Part shown: positions 40,568 to 54,139 of the stretch, piece by piece
How positions within the stretch are numbered: position 1 is the first letter of the stretch
Layout: each line of letters starts with the position of its first letter
Assembly (NCBI GenBank): GCA_964016885.1
Contig: OZ024754.1
Location: 1,426,001 to 1,490,000, forward strand
DNA: 64,000 bases
DNA from: Eledone cirrhosa
Taxonomy: Eukaryota
Direction: 5' to 3'
Notes under the pieces: model-generated
The model's input: only the letters and a program-made list of their open reading frames with translations
Database searches by the model: none
What the model was told of the DNA's origin: nothing
Program-made: the position numbers and the translations under genes

Positions 40568-41392
40568 GGACTAGGATACACAATCACAGACACACACATA
40601 TATACATACACACCTACATACACATACATACTCACACCTACACACACATACGTACACACATAGATGCTCACACACCTACACATACCCACACGTACACACA
40701 CATACATACTCGCACACCTATACGCAAACACACACACATACATACATACATACACGCACACACGTACACACATACATACTCACACACGTACACACACACC
40801 TATACATACACACACACATACACACATACAAACTCACACACACCTATACACACACACACACACATACTTTCCTTGTAATCACTCTAATCATTTTCTAATT
40901 TTCTTACTGATACTAATATTCCTTCATTCATTCATTCTCTTTCTCTCTCTCTTTCTCTCTAACTTTCTCTCTATCCATCTCTCTCTCTCCCCATCTCTCT
41001 CCCTCTCTCTCTCTTCATCTATCTATCCATATATATATATATCTCTTCATCTATCTCCCTCTCTCTCTCTTCATCTATCTATCCATATCTCTCTCTCTCT
41101 CTCTTCATCTATCTATCCATCTCTCTCTCTATCTATCTATCTCTCTATCTGGTCTCTACCTCCTCATCTACCTACCCCCTCTCTTTATTTCTCTCTCTCT
41201 CTCTATCTATCCATCTCTCTATCTGGTCTCTACCTTCCTCCCTCTCTCTCCCCCTCTCTCTCCCTATGTTTTCTACCTATTCCCTTCTACCTCCTCCTTG
41301 TTCTACTCTTCCCCTTCTCTATTTGTTTCTATCTATATTTAATCTCACCTCTGCCTGCACCTCACTTTATATCTTCCCTAACTCGACACTGT

Positions 41393-41425
<33 letters not shown>

Positions 41426-41644
41426 TAATTCTAATCCTCCTCTTCCCATTACCCCCCTTATTCTCTCACTCTATCCTCTCTCCTCACACTATCTCCCTCT
41501 CCGCCTCACTCTTTCTCTTTCTGCCTCTCTATAATTTCTTTTCCTCTCACCTTCTCTCTATCTTTTTCGCTTACTTCCTCGATTCCTCTTCCGCTTCCCC
41601 TCCTCTCACTCACCCTCCCACCCTGCATCGCCGTAAACCCCCCT

Positions 41645-41792
41645 CAACACCACCACCACCACCTCCACAACGACCACCACCACCACCACCGCCATCACAA
41701 CGAGGACCACCACCATCACCACTATCGCCATCACAACGACGACGACGACGACCACCACCACCGCCACCACCATCAGCACCACCACCTCCATC
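41645..41792. repeat. (ACC/ACG)n trinucleotide repeat
   Basis: Direct reading. Confidence 0.9.
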
Positions 41793-41831
41793 ACTCAACT
41801 GACACACCCCTATATCCCCTTCACACACACA

Positions 41832-41862
<31 letters not shown>

Positions 41863-41993
41863 CTTAAGCCATCCATTCATCTACTACATACATCTACTAC
41901 AACCAACCAGCCAACACACCAACCAGCCAACCAACCATCACACCAACCAACCAGCCAACCAGCCAACCAGCCATCTAAGCTAACCAGCCAGAT

Positions 41994-42046
<53 letters not shown>

Positions 42047-42309
42047 AGCAGCCAAACCATTCAGCACAAACCAGCCAACCAGTGAAGGCCCAGCCTGCTT
42101 TGCTTGTCTCTACATCATATCAAGCATTTACCGGTCAACATTACCACACAAACATAACAGAAATCTTTTTAGCTCGACTAGTCTTCTTGCAAGTGTGTAA
42201 CGCACAAATACGGGGGAAAAAATATATACCTCATCGTTTCACAGGCACTTCAGATCTTGTAATGACTGGTGAGTACTAAATACTTATTATATACACCGCT
42301 TCACTACAG

Positions 42310-43133
<824 letters not shown>

Positions 43134-43729
43134 TTGTTATAATTATTTAGTCTTAATTATTCTTTAATGATATACCAATTACGTTTTTCTGGTGGGGGAT
43201 GACTTTCTTTCATTTTCGTTTCGTTGGAGTTTCGGTGACAATCTATGTGTGTGTGTGTGTTTGTGTGTATGTGTGTGTGTTTGTGTCTTCGTTTGTACCT
43301 ATGTATGCATGCATGTGTGTGTGTTTGTGTGTCTTTGTATGTACGTATGTATGCATGTGTGTGTGTGTCTTTGAATGTACGTATGTATGCATGTGTGTGT
43401 TTGTGTGTTTTTATGTATGTATGTATGCATGTGTGTGTGTCTTTGTATGTATGTATGCATGTGTGTGTGTCTTTGTATGTATGTATGCATATATATATAT
43501 ATATATATATAGTGTGTGTGCATGTTTGTTTTTTCCTCTATATCATTTCTCTAGCATCTTAGACTGACACCGTGCAACATACATAAACACAAGAGCAGAC
43601 AACACATACACCCATACTACATACTATACAAATACATACATACACACGAGAGAGTATTACTTATATATATACATGCCCTTGTATACAGACACACGCTCAT
43701 ATATATATATATATATATACATACACACA

Positions 43730-43791
<62 letters not shown>

Positions 43792-44049
43792 AACGTTCAT
43801 ATATAAATATATATATATATACACACACACATAATACGATTGCAATCATAGTGTGTTCATATCTGTGTGTGTGTGTGTGCGTATATATACATACACACAT
43901 GTAATGCATACATACACACACATAAATACATACATAAATACATACATACAAGCATATATATATATACATACATACATACATAGGTACTGGAAAACACTTG
44001 TGTAAACAGTTATGGATGTTTTCTTTATATCATTGTAAATCATTCATGC

Positions 44050-44094
<45 letters not shown>

Positions 44095-44265
44095 CATACA
44101 TATATATATATGTATATATATATGGGAGAGTGTTTATACACACACACACACACATATATATATGTACATGTGCATATGCTGCTATGCATGTACATACGCA
44201 CACATTGGCTCACATACGTATGTTTGTTTATGTATATGCATGTATATTTACGAATAGCTACAAAC

Positions 44266-44313
<48 letters not shown>

Positions 44314-44426
44314 GCATGAGTATGTATGTGTGTATGTATGTGTTTGTGTGTGTGTGTGTGTGTGCGTGTGTGTGCGTGTGTGTTGATATATCCTCCACAT
44401 ATAAGCCACACTCTCCAGGCTCTCGA

Positions 44427-44461
<35 letters not shown>

Positions 44462-44465
44462 CATG

Positions 44466-44569
<104 letters not shown>

Positions 44570-44665
44570 CGTGTATATATATATATATATCTTCCTTGTT
44601 TCCTTGCATCCTTCCTTCCTTTTCTTCACCACCTTTGATTTATTTCAATCTCATTCTCTCTCTCT

Positions 44666-44709
<44 letters not shown>

Positions 44710-45141
44710 CACGCACCCTACCCACACTCACACAATATATATATATATATATACATATATACACACCGTAGTGTGTCTGTGCGTAGATTTCTGGGTTTAC
44801 ATGTGTTTGTATATATGTATAACGAATGCAACTGTATTTCCTAAATGGACTCGTCATTATATATATATGTGTGTGTGTGTGATGATGTGCATGTATATGT
44901 GTGTGTATGACTGTATACGTATGCGTGTATGTGTGTATGTGTGTATGTGTGTATGTGTGGTTGTGTGTGTGTGTGAAATCGTTTTCTCTCGTGTTTGTAT
45001 CATAATATATATCACTCAAACGAAAACATGTGTACGTCTGCAACTACAAAAAAAAAAACACATGTACTGTGTGTGTGTGTGTGTGTGTCCGCCGTCTCTC
45101 TCCCCCTGTATGCATATGTACACACATGTACACACACACAC

Positions 45142-45189
<48 letters not shown>

Positions 45190-45193
<4 letters not shown>

Positions 45194-45310
45194 CTATAGA
45201 GATATAAAAGATACAGAAGCGAAAACCAACCCAAACCAAATAGTGAGTGTTTTCAGTTATTATTTCTGGCAATATCATAACAATATGACCCTCCCCAAGT
45301 ATAACAATAT
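45190..45310 (+). mobile_element. Family C TA-associated repeat tail
   Basis: Ends atgaccctccccaagtataacaatat; homologous to 52316-52430, 54140-54330 and 62258-62690. Confidence 0.75.
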
Positions 45311-45316
45311 ATAACA

Positions 45317-45348
<32 letters not shown>

Positions 45349-45840
45349 TAGAGCTTGAAACGTGCTTCCCCGAGTATGGTTTGCTAATTTGCTGTGGAAC
45401 TAACTCTTTATCGAACTCGTCCTTTCGTGTGAGTGCCCTACTTACTACGGATATGGATATATATATATATATATATATATGTATATGTATATAGATATAT
45501 GTTTATGTATACAGGTATGTATGTATGTATGTATGTATGTATATACACATACTCGCAACCAGTATATATAGTCATATATATATATGAGAGAGAGGGAGAG
45601 AGAGAGAGAGAGTTGGGTCTTTGGTGTAAATGTCCACATCGGTCCCTTGTTAACAATCGTAAATATATTTCATTATCATCCAATATCGAAGAAGTCAGTC
45701 AATGTGGCTGTCTGTTGGTTTCATTGATATGTGTTTGAGACAACAGACACACCATATATCGTATTTTCTATAAACTATGTTTGATAACTACAGATCCCGT
45801 GGTGTATAACCATCGATGACACCCTAAAAAATGAACGATA

Positions 45841-45898
<58 letters not shown>

Positions 45899-45900
<2 letters not shown>

Positions 45901-46098
45901 CGAAGGAAAAGTGGTAAGGAACCAGGTGGACCATAACGCACCAAAGTACTCAATACTTAGGGTAGTAGAGTGGGTAATAGGAACGAGTAGGACCCCGACG
46001 GCTGAGCTCAAGCCGCTTCGACGGCCAATTCTGGACTCAGTCCAGAATTGGTCGTTGAAGCGGCTTGAGCTCAGCCGTCGGGGTCCTACTCGTTCCTA
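45899..46098 (-). mobile_element. Family A foldback element, copy 4 (near-perfect ~60-bp-arm hairpin)
   Basis: taggaacgagtaggaccccgacggctgagctcaagccg...cggcttgagctcagccgtcggggtcctactcgttccta; (TA)n on both sides. Confidence 0.9.
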
Positions 46099-46214
46099 TA
46101 TATATATATATATATATGAATGTATGTATAGTATATTTGGCAATATACTGTATGTTTAATTAAAAACATTTAGAAGACCAATACTAATACCATATATATA
46201 TATATATATGGAAA

Positions 46215-46274
<60 letters not shown>

Positions 46275-46512
46275 GCATATGTGTGTGTGTGAGACTGTGT
46301 GAGACTCTCTGTGTGTGTGTGTGTGTGTATTTGTTTAGATAAATTCGTACATCGATAGAAATATTCCTCTTTGCACAATTTTCGTAAGCATGTTTCTCTC
46401 ACAAGGCACCTACGTATCTCTCTCTCTATCTCTCTATCTATCTATCTCTCCATCTCTCTATCTCTTCAGTATATCTCGATATATATATATTTGTGTATAT
46501 ATATATATATAA

Positions 46513-46558
<46 letters not shown>

Positions 46559-46876
46559 ATCTCAATGCATTTATCTGTGTACGAGCGAGTATGTTGTCTG
46601 TATAGATTGGTGTTTCGGCTTCGACTGTGTCTGTGTGATCGTTGTTGCTGTGGTCATTCCCCTCGAACAGTTACACCATTAAGTTGTTAGCCAGCACCAT
46701 TCACTGCACTCACGCATCTAACAGCTGCACTCAGAATCCTGAATATTGTTGTTGTTGTTGTTGTTATCGTAATCGCCATGTGTGCAGGACGTGAACGAAC
46801 GTATACATCAAAACATCATTGATCGACATTGCATATGGACATGTGATTTTTCTGGGTTAGGTATACACATATGTAT

Positions 46877-47005
<129 letters not shown>

Positions 47006-47044
47006 GAAAGGCATACGCACTCATATAAACACATACAGATTGTT

Positions 47045-47097
<53 letters not shown>

Positions 47098-47176
47098 TCG
47101 TAGCCAACAGAAATTAACAACTGTCTATAACATATAGACTTCACTAAAATCCATAAATATACTTTGTAATCGTGTG

Positions 47177-47234
<58 letters not shown>

Positions 47235-47238
<4 letters not shown>

Positions 47239-47301
47239 AACGAGTAGGACCCCGACGGCTGAGCTCAAGCCGTTTCGACGGCTAATTCAGTCCAGAAATA
47301 G
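47235..47301 (-). mobile_element. Family A partial, copy 5
   Basis: taggaacgagtaggaccccgacggctgagctcaagccgtttcgacggc next to (TA)n. Confidence 0.85.
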
Positions 47302-47327
47302 TTTCAATTATGCTTCCGTAATTGTGA

Positions 47328-47638
47328 AAGCGCGTAGTTCAATGGCTAATGTGTTCGGCTCAAAATAGAAAGTTCGTGAGTTCGATTTCGGTCGGTCCGT
47401 TGTGTCCTTGAGCAAGACACTTTATTTTACATTGTTGCAGTCCACTTAATTAGGGGGAAATGTAATTTAAAGGAACGGCATTGTTACACACCGTGTGACG
47501 TTGAATCTTCCTGAGAACTAAGTTCTGTTTACACCTGTCTGTGGAATGCTCAGCCACTTGTATGTTAATTTCATGTGTAGGTTGTTTCGTTGATCAAATA
47601 ATTGGAACACTCGTCGTCGGAACCGACGGAGCTCCAAC
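47328..47638 (+). mobile_element. tRNA-derived SINE family 2, full length
   Basis: tagttcaatgg (A box), gagttcgattt (B box), CORE-like gtgtccttgagcaagacact, 3' end before (CA)n. Confidence 0.8.
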
Positions 47639-47649
47639 TCACATACACA

Positions 47650-47736
<87 letters not shown>

Positions 47737-47805
47737 CGATAATTTCATGATATATTTTCAATCCACTGCATGATAAAAGAAGGCGGCGAGAAGCTTGGTT
47801 CTTAA

Positions 47806-48153
47806 GATATTGGACTCTCCCGACCCTAAGGTCGTGGGTGAGAGTCCTGGAATGGTTGGCTCGATGTTGGACTGTCCCGACCCTAAGGTCGAGGGTGAGA
47901 GTCCTGGAAGCGTTGGCACGATGTTGGACTGTCCCGACCCTGAGGTCGAGGGTAAGAGTCCTGGAATGGTTGGCTCGATGTTGGACTGTCCCGACCCTAA
48001 GGTCGAGTGTGAGAGTCCTGGAATGGTTGGCACGATGTTGGACTGTCCCGACCCTAAGGTCGAGGGTGAGAGTCCTGGAATGGTTGGCACGATGTTGGAC
48101 TGTCCCGACCCTAAGGACGAGGGTGAGAGTCCTGGACCGGTTGGCACGATGTT
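47806..48153. repeat. 57-bp minisatellite x6
   Basis: gatgttggactgtcccgaccctaaggtcgagggtgagagtcctggaatggttggcac. Confidence 0.97.
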
Positions 48154-48607
48154 ATATTCTTGAGAATACGTTGTTTTTCAGGAGAGGATTGGGGCCTGTT
48201 TCATTAAGACACCCCGATACCCCGCCCCATCAATTTCATGTGAGGTCAGCTAACCCTGCACATAATTCTCAGCTCTATATTTAATTTCATTATCTCATAT
48301 TAAAAAGAAAACTCACGGACTAGATACATTCTATCTAGGGCGGATAAAATTCCCGAGATCCATGGACGAGTTCTCTCCAGCGGTCTCTGTCCCTCATCAT
48401 CGCTGCCATGTCCTGTATCTCTAAGTGACCAGTCTCTGTCAACCTATGTCAACCTAGGTCTCCATCTTCTAGTGTGTCAACTAAATACATTGGCTCTATT
48501 TAATTGCATCCATTTCTGTTCCGAGTTTAAATCCTTCGAGATTGACTTTTCTTTACTGCTTTTGTGGATTGATAAAATATATTTCTCCTTTTATATTTGG
48601 TTTAATG

Positions 48608-48825
48608 GACCTTCGTCGGTTTCGTCGATGCATGTTCCAAATATTTGACCAACTGAACAGGCTGCTTAGGAAATTAAAGTATGTGTGGTTGAGTATTCCA
48701 ATCATTTATGTTCCATTGTCAATATTATATACACACGTGTGTGAGATTTTCTGACAGGTGCTCTCGGGGAGATTCAGCGCGCCACAGTGTGTGACAAGAC
48801 TGAATGTTTATATTACAGGTACAAT
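48608..48825 (-). mobile_element. SINE family 2 body
   Basis: Reverse-complement similarity to 47460-47638. Confidence 0.7.
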
Positions 48826-48834
48826 CTATCCGAC

Positions 48835-48985
48835 GGCCTCTTACACGGTTTCCGTCTACCCAATATCACTCCTAAGGCATGAGTCCACCCGAGGCTATGT
48901 TAAATGAGAGTTGCCTAAGATGTCATGCAGTGGGATCGAACCAGGGACCCCATTATTGCAAAACAAACGTCATAACCATTCACTC
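48835..48985 (-). mobile_element. SINE family 3
   Basis: gtttccgtctacc..cccgaggctat..gtgggatcgaacc. Confidence 0.75.
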
Positions 48986-49020
48986 ATTCTGCGTCCACTA
49001 TTGGTTGAATAGTCGGCGAA

Positions 49021-49423
49021 TTGGCAGAGTCGTTAGAACGTCGGATAGAATGGCAGTCGTTAGAACGGCGGATAGAATGGCAGTCGTTAGAACGGCGGAT
49101 AGAATGGCAGAGTGGTTAGAACGTCGGATAGAATGGTAGAGTGGTTAGAACGTCGGATAGAATGGTAGAGTGGTTAGAACGTCGGATAGAATGGTAGAGT
49201 GGTTAGAACGTCGGATAGAATGGTAGAGTGGTTAGAACGTCAGATAGAATGGTAGAGTGGTTAGAACGTCAGATAGAATGGTAGAGTGGTTAGAACGTCG
49301 GATAGAATGGTAGAGTGGTTAGAACGTCAGATAGAATGGTAGAGTGGTTAGAACGTCAGATAGAATGGTAGAGTGGTTAGAACGTCAGATAGAATGGCAG
49401 AGTCGTTAGAGCGTCTGATAGAA
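49021..49423 (+). repeat. 29-bp tandem array (~14 units) derived from the SINE A-box region
   Basis: tggtagagtggttagaacgtcggatagaa; two units are 27 bp; runs into the SINE body. Confidence 0.92.
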
Positions 49424-49550
49424 TGCTTTGTGGTATTTGTTCCGGCTCTCTGCTCTCTCAGTTCAAATCCCGACTAGATCAACTTTGCCTTTCATCCTTT
49501 CGAGGTCGATAGATATATAAAAAGTACCAGTCAAGTACTGGGTCGATTAT
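49395..49550 (+). mobile_element. SINE family 1
   Basis: agttcaaatccc..ctttgcctttcatcctttcgaggtcgat..gtaccagtc. Confidence 0.85.
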
Positions 49551-50159
49551 TCCTCTATATCTCTTTCTCATGCCCCCCCCCCCCCACTCTCTCTCTCTCC
49601 CTCTCACTTTCTATCTTTCTCTGGAAGAAATCCTCTGTACTCAGACCTGGAGAGGGATGGGCTCCGCCAGGCTTTAAAATGCCCAAGAAAAGGTCGTCTG
49701 TCAATACGGCGCCCCTACGACTCTATCAGGTGTTACGAGACTATACCATATGCCATATATTGGTTGAATACAACATAAATGTTTTATATAATTTAATCTT
49801 TAATCTTTTGTGCTTTTCACTTGACCCCGACGTGATCGACTTTGATTTTTTCATCTACAAATGGTTGATAACACACACACGCAGTAATCTATTGAGTTAG
49901 ATTTAATTAATCCTACATGCAGCCAACCGCTCCAATAGTTTATGGTATTGTAATAACCTGAGAAACCAATACCATTATCTTTCATTGACAGAATTCTAGG
50001 ACCATGGGACTAAAATGTTTTCTGCTGTATAGTTCTGTTTCTTTACGTTCCATTTACACATCGTGCTGAGTTCTAATTTGCCTTTCATACTTCCGTGATC
50101 GATATGGTTGCAACGTGCAACGTGAATGAGTACATGTGGGTGTATATATATATATATTA

Positions 50160-50272
50160 ATTAAAATAACAGATTAAGTTTAAGCAAAGAATCGCTGCTT
50201 TCACCCTTAACGGGATCTTCTGAAGGGTGAAAGCAGCGATTCTTTGCTTAAACTTTAATCTGTTATTTTAAT
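50160..50272. repeat. ~49-bp-arm inverted repeat between TA tracts
   Basis: 50160-50208 vs 50223-50272, one indel, 14-nt loop. Confidence 0.9.
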
Positions 50273-50304
50273 AAATAAATAAATATATATATATATATGT
50301 ATAT

Positions 50305-50485
50305 AACGAAGGAAGTATGGTAAGGAACCAGATGGACCATAACGCACCATAACTTAGGGTAGTAGAGTGGGTAATAGGAAAATGTCTAACCCCGACGGAA
50401 GAGCTCAAGCCGTTTCGACGGCTATTTCTGGACTAAAATAGCCGTCGAAACGGCTTGAGCTCTGCCGTCGGGGTTAAACATTTTC

Positions 50486-50488
<3 letters not shown>
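50305..50488 (-). mobile_element. Family A foldback element, copy 6
   Basis: Same tail and hairpin, (TA)n flanks. Confidence 0.88.
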
Positions 50489-50527
<39 letters not shown>

Positions 50528-50622
50528 CACACACACACACTTCTATGAAAGTGCATGTTAAAGGATGATGTTTTTGTCAGTCTGTATGAAACACAAAATA
50601 GTAAATACGTCAACAGCCATGC

Positions 50623-51412
50623 GTACATAGGTCAGTCTTCTCTATGTATATATGTCTACATAGGTCAGTCTTCTCTATGTATATATGTCTACATAGGTCA
50701 GTCTTCTCTATGTATATATGTCTACATAGGTCAGTCTTCTCTATGTATATATGTCTACATAGGTCAGTCTTCTCTATGTATATATGTGTACATAGGTCAG
50801 TCTTCTCAATGTATATATGTCTACATAGGTCAGTCTTCTCTATGTATATATGTCTACATAGGTCAGTCTTCTCTATGTATATATGTCTACATAGGTCAGT
50901 CTTCTCTATGTATATATGTCTACATAGGTCAGTCTTCTCTATGTATATATGTCTACATAGGTCAGTCTTCTCAATGTATATATGTGTACATAGGTCAGTC
51001 TTCTCTATGTATATATGTCTACATAGGTCAGTCTTCTCTATATATATATGTCTACATAGGTCAGTCTTCTCTATGTATATATGTCTACATAGGTCAGTCT
51101 TCTCTATGTATATATGTCTACATAGGTCAGTCTTCTCAATGTATATATGTGTACATAGGTCAGTCTTCTCTATGTATATATGTCTACATAGGTCAGTCTT
51201 CTCTATGTATATATGTCTACATAGGTCAGTCTTCTCTATATATATATGTCTACATAGGTCAGTCTTCTCAATGTATATATGTCTACATAGGTCAGTCTTC
51301 TCTATGTATATATGTCTACATAGGTCAGTCTTCTCAATGTATATATGTCTACATAGGTCAGTCTTCTCTATGTATATATGTCTACATAGGTCAGTCTTCT
51401 CTATGTATATAT
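50623..51412. repeat. 33-bp minisatellite x~24
   Basis: tacataggtcagtcttctctatgtatatatgtc. Confidence 0.98.
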
Positions 51413-51723
51413 GGGAATAAACATCACCTATGACAACCAGTTTAATATAAGACAGGTTCAATTCTCTTATGTAGGAGCACTTCGGATTTTGAAAGGGCCA
51501 GTCTAGATGTAATATATTCAACTATCTTCTGTGATATTCCTACCTTGGGACATAGTTAATGTTACACGTGTTTGTGGAGTTCTCACCCATTTACGCTATA
51601 TTTAAGCCTCTACAATATTAAATATTCAGGTATTTAATGTACCGTTAAGAGTGAGTGGAATACTGAGACCATGGGATAATATTGAATGAGTAGGTCGTTA
51701 TTTCTCTGTGAGACTGTATATAT

Positions 51724-51783
<60 letters not shown>

Positions 51784-51812
51784 AGATCAAAAGATGGTTA
51801 AAAGAGTTCCAA

Positions 51813-51882
51813 GTATTTTATTATGCGCATTTCAAAAACAAATATCATCATGAGATGATATCTGCGTTTTCATCAGATCAAA
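51813..51882 (-). ncRNA. Inverted copy of the hammerhead with a weak stem I
   Basis: Reverse complement tttgatCTGATGAaaacgcagatatcatctcatgatgatatttgttttGAAAtgcgcaTAataaaatac. Confidence 0.6.
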
Positions 51883-51926
51883 CTTCACTATTCACAAGTG
51901 TTTTTTAACCTTCTTATCATGTATCC

Positions 51927-51999
51927 CTATTTTATCTGATGAAAACGCAGATACCATCTCATGATGATATTTGTTTTTGAAATGCGCATAATAAAATAG
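51927..51999 (+). ncRNA. Type I minimal hammerhead ribozyme
   Basis: Stem I CTATTTTAT/ATAAAATAG, core CTGATGA (51936-42), long imperfect stem II, GAAA (51979-82), stem III T-GCGC-A, UH=TA, predicted cut after 51990. Confidence 0.82.
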
Positions 52000-52119
52000 T
52001 TGGAACTCTTTTAACCATCTTTTGATCTTATATTATATATACTCCAGTCCTACAAACTGTAGAGTGCTACTTATCCGATATTTGCATTGCTTTATTGTGC
52101 TACAATAAAACTCACCTCC

Positions 52120-52251
<132 letters not shown>

Positions 52252-52267
52252 TACACATATATATATA

Positions 52268-52432
52268 TCATTTAGTTTTGCGAGGTTTTTTATATGAAAT
52301 CGTGTGTCGAAACAGATATTGTTATATTTGGGGAGGGTCATATTTGCGTAATATTGCCAGAATTAATAACAGAACACACTCACTGTTTGGTTGGTTTTCG
52401 CTTCTCGCTGTCTTTTATATATATATATCTGC
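52268..52432 (-). mobile_element. Family C repeat tail (long form)
   Basis: atattgttatatttggggagggtcat..cactcact.tttggtt; extension shared with 62233-62258. Confidence 0.75.
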
Positions 52433-52591
52433 GATCTAACTTACTCGGTCCTCAATGTTGCCATTGACTGATGTGTTTACATATTTATACACGAAAACCA
52501 TGTATATGTGTGTGAGAGTGTATAACTATGTATCTATATTTTCACTCACATAATATTCATATAAATATATACACGTAAAAATAAAGTATAC

Positions 52592-52653
<62 letters not shown>

Positions 52654-53774
52654 ACGCGCACGCACACACACACACACACAAAACGTACACACACACAAAA
52701 CGTACACACACACATACACACACACATATAGGCACATATGTGTGTGTGTATGTATGTATACTTTAATTCCTCCGGACCATCATCATCATCAGAGCTCATT
52801 GGCATCACACGCCACACCCCGGACACATCCAAATCTCTCTTATATATAGTCACACATTTCAACACAACCTGATCTCAGTTTGACAATCGCCACAGACAGA
52901 CGAATGCGAGAAAGTTCTCCAACCCATGTGAACCAAGAATCTCTCAAATTCTTCCCACCGAAGTTAACAAAGAACTTACTGGATCTACCAACTCATAATA
53001 TTATAATATTGTATTATAACATTAAATCAAACAAATTTTTTAACACTACAAGTGAAGTCATTCTTTTCCCTTTTTTTTCAAATATATATATATATATATA
53101 CATATATACACAAAAAATATTAACAGAACCTTAACACCAAAATATTCTCTTACTGCAACCATAGGAGGCTGATGTATTTCTTTGGGACTGAAAAGCAAAG
53201 CTGTGCACGGGAATATTTCTGTCCAAAAATTTAAGGAATACCGTCTTTTCCTGTTCAACGAAGCCTGGGTCTTGTTAAGCCAGCGATCCCAAAGCATCTT
53301 CGTGCATAGAGCAGAGAAATATACTATTTTTAAATAACTGCTCAGAATACTACATCTTCTGTACCTAGATTATATCTAACCACATTTGTACCTATGTTTA
53401 TTGGTCGAATCGGACTTGTTTGTAAACCTCTAAGTGACGATCTGGAAAAAAAGTTGGAGTTTTCGGATAGAACAAGTGAAAAGTTAACAGGTTTGTTTCC
53501 AATATATCAGTAAGTTCATCAGACAAATAAGATATATATATGTATATATAGTAAACATGGTTGACTTATATGTAATAGAAGAGACTAGAATAACTAGACA
53601 TTCAGAGACGTGTTACCTTACAACCTTAGGCCCTTGTGAACTGGCTTACCGGCCCTTGTCAACTGGCTTACCTTCTTTTATTCTTCGTCTCTGATCTGGC
53701 TTGCTTAGCAAGGAACATGTTACTATATATATCTAAGTGATAATCTAAAGAAGGCGCGGTTTTCAAATATAATG

Positions 53775-53955
53775 GACCTTCGCCGGTTTCGACGACTAAT
53801 GTTTCAGTTGTTTGATTACTGGAACAGCCTGCTCATGAAATTAACATGTAATAATTGGTTGAGTATTCCACAGAACACGTGTATTTTTAATGTGATTCTC
53901 AGGGAGATTCAGAATGATACTATGTGATAAAACTGGCTCTTTTAATCACAGGTGC
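53775..53955 (-). mobile_element. SINE family 2 body
   Basis: gccggtttcgacgac..aacagcctgctcatgaaattaac..ctcagggagattcag. Confidence 0.72.
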
Positions 53956-54139
53956 AGTTAGTCCTTCTGACGGGTATTTAAACAGTTTCTGTTCCTCCAG
54001 TTTCCCTGATAAGTTATGGGTCGACCTGAGGCCATGGTCCACGCAGTGTGGTCGAATCAGGGACCTAATGATTGCGAAGAGAACTTCATAGCAATTTGAC
54101 CATGTAGTGGCTACTGTTTTGCAATAAAAAAAACCTAAT

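Noticed and set aside
41266-41802. Proline-rich ORF
   Set aside because: (CT)n and (ACC)n microsatellites
50555-51521. CRISPR-like palindromic 33-bp repeats and 258-303 aa ORFs
   Set aside because: No unique spacers, no cas genes, eukaryotic context; the ORFs arise from unit length
53488-53525. Minus-strand CTGATGA...GAAA
   Set aside because: No convincing stem II, UH or stem I; similar chance cores near 33050, 37940 and 52790 were also rejected
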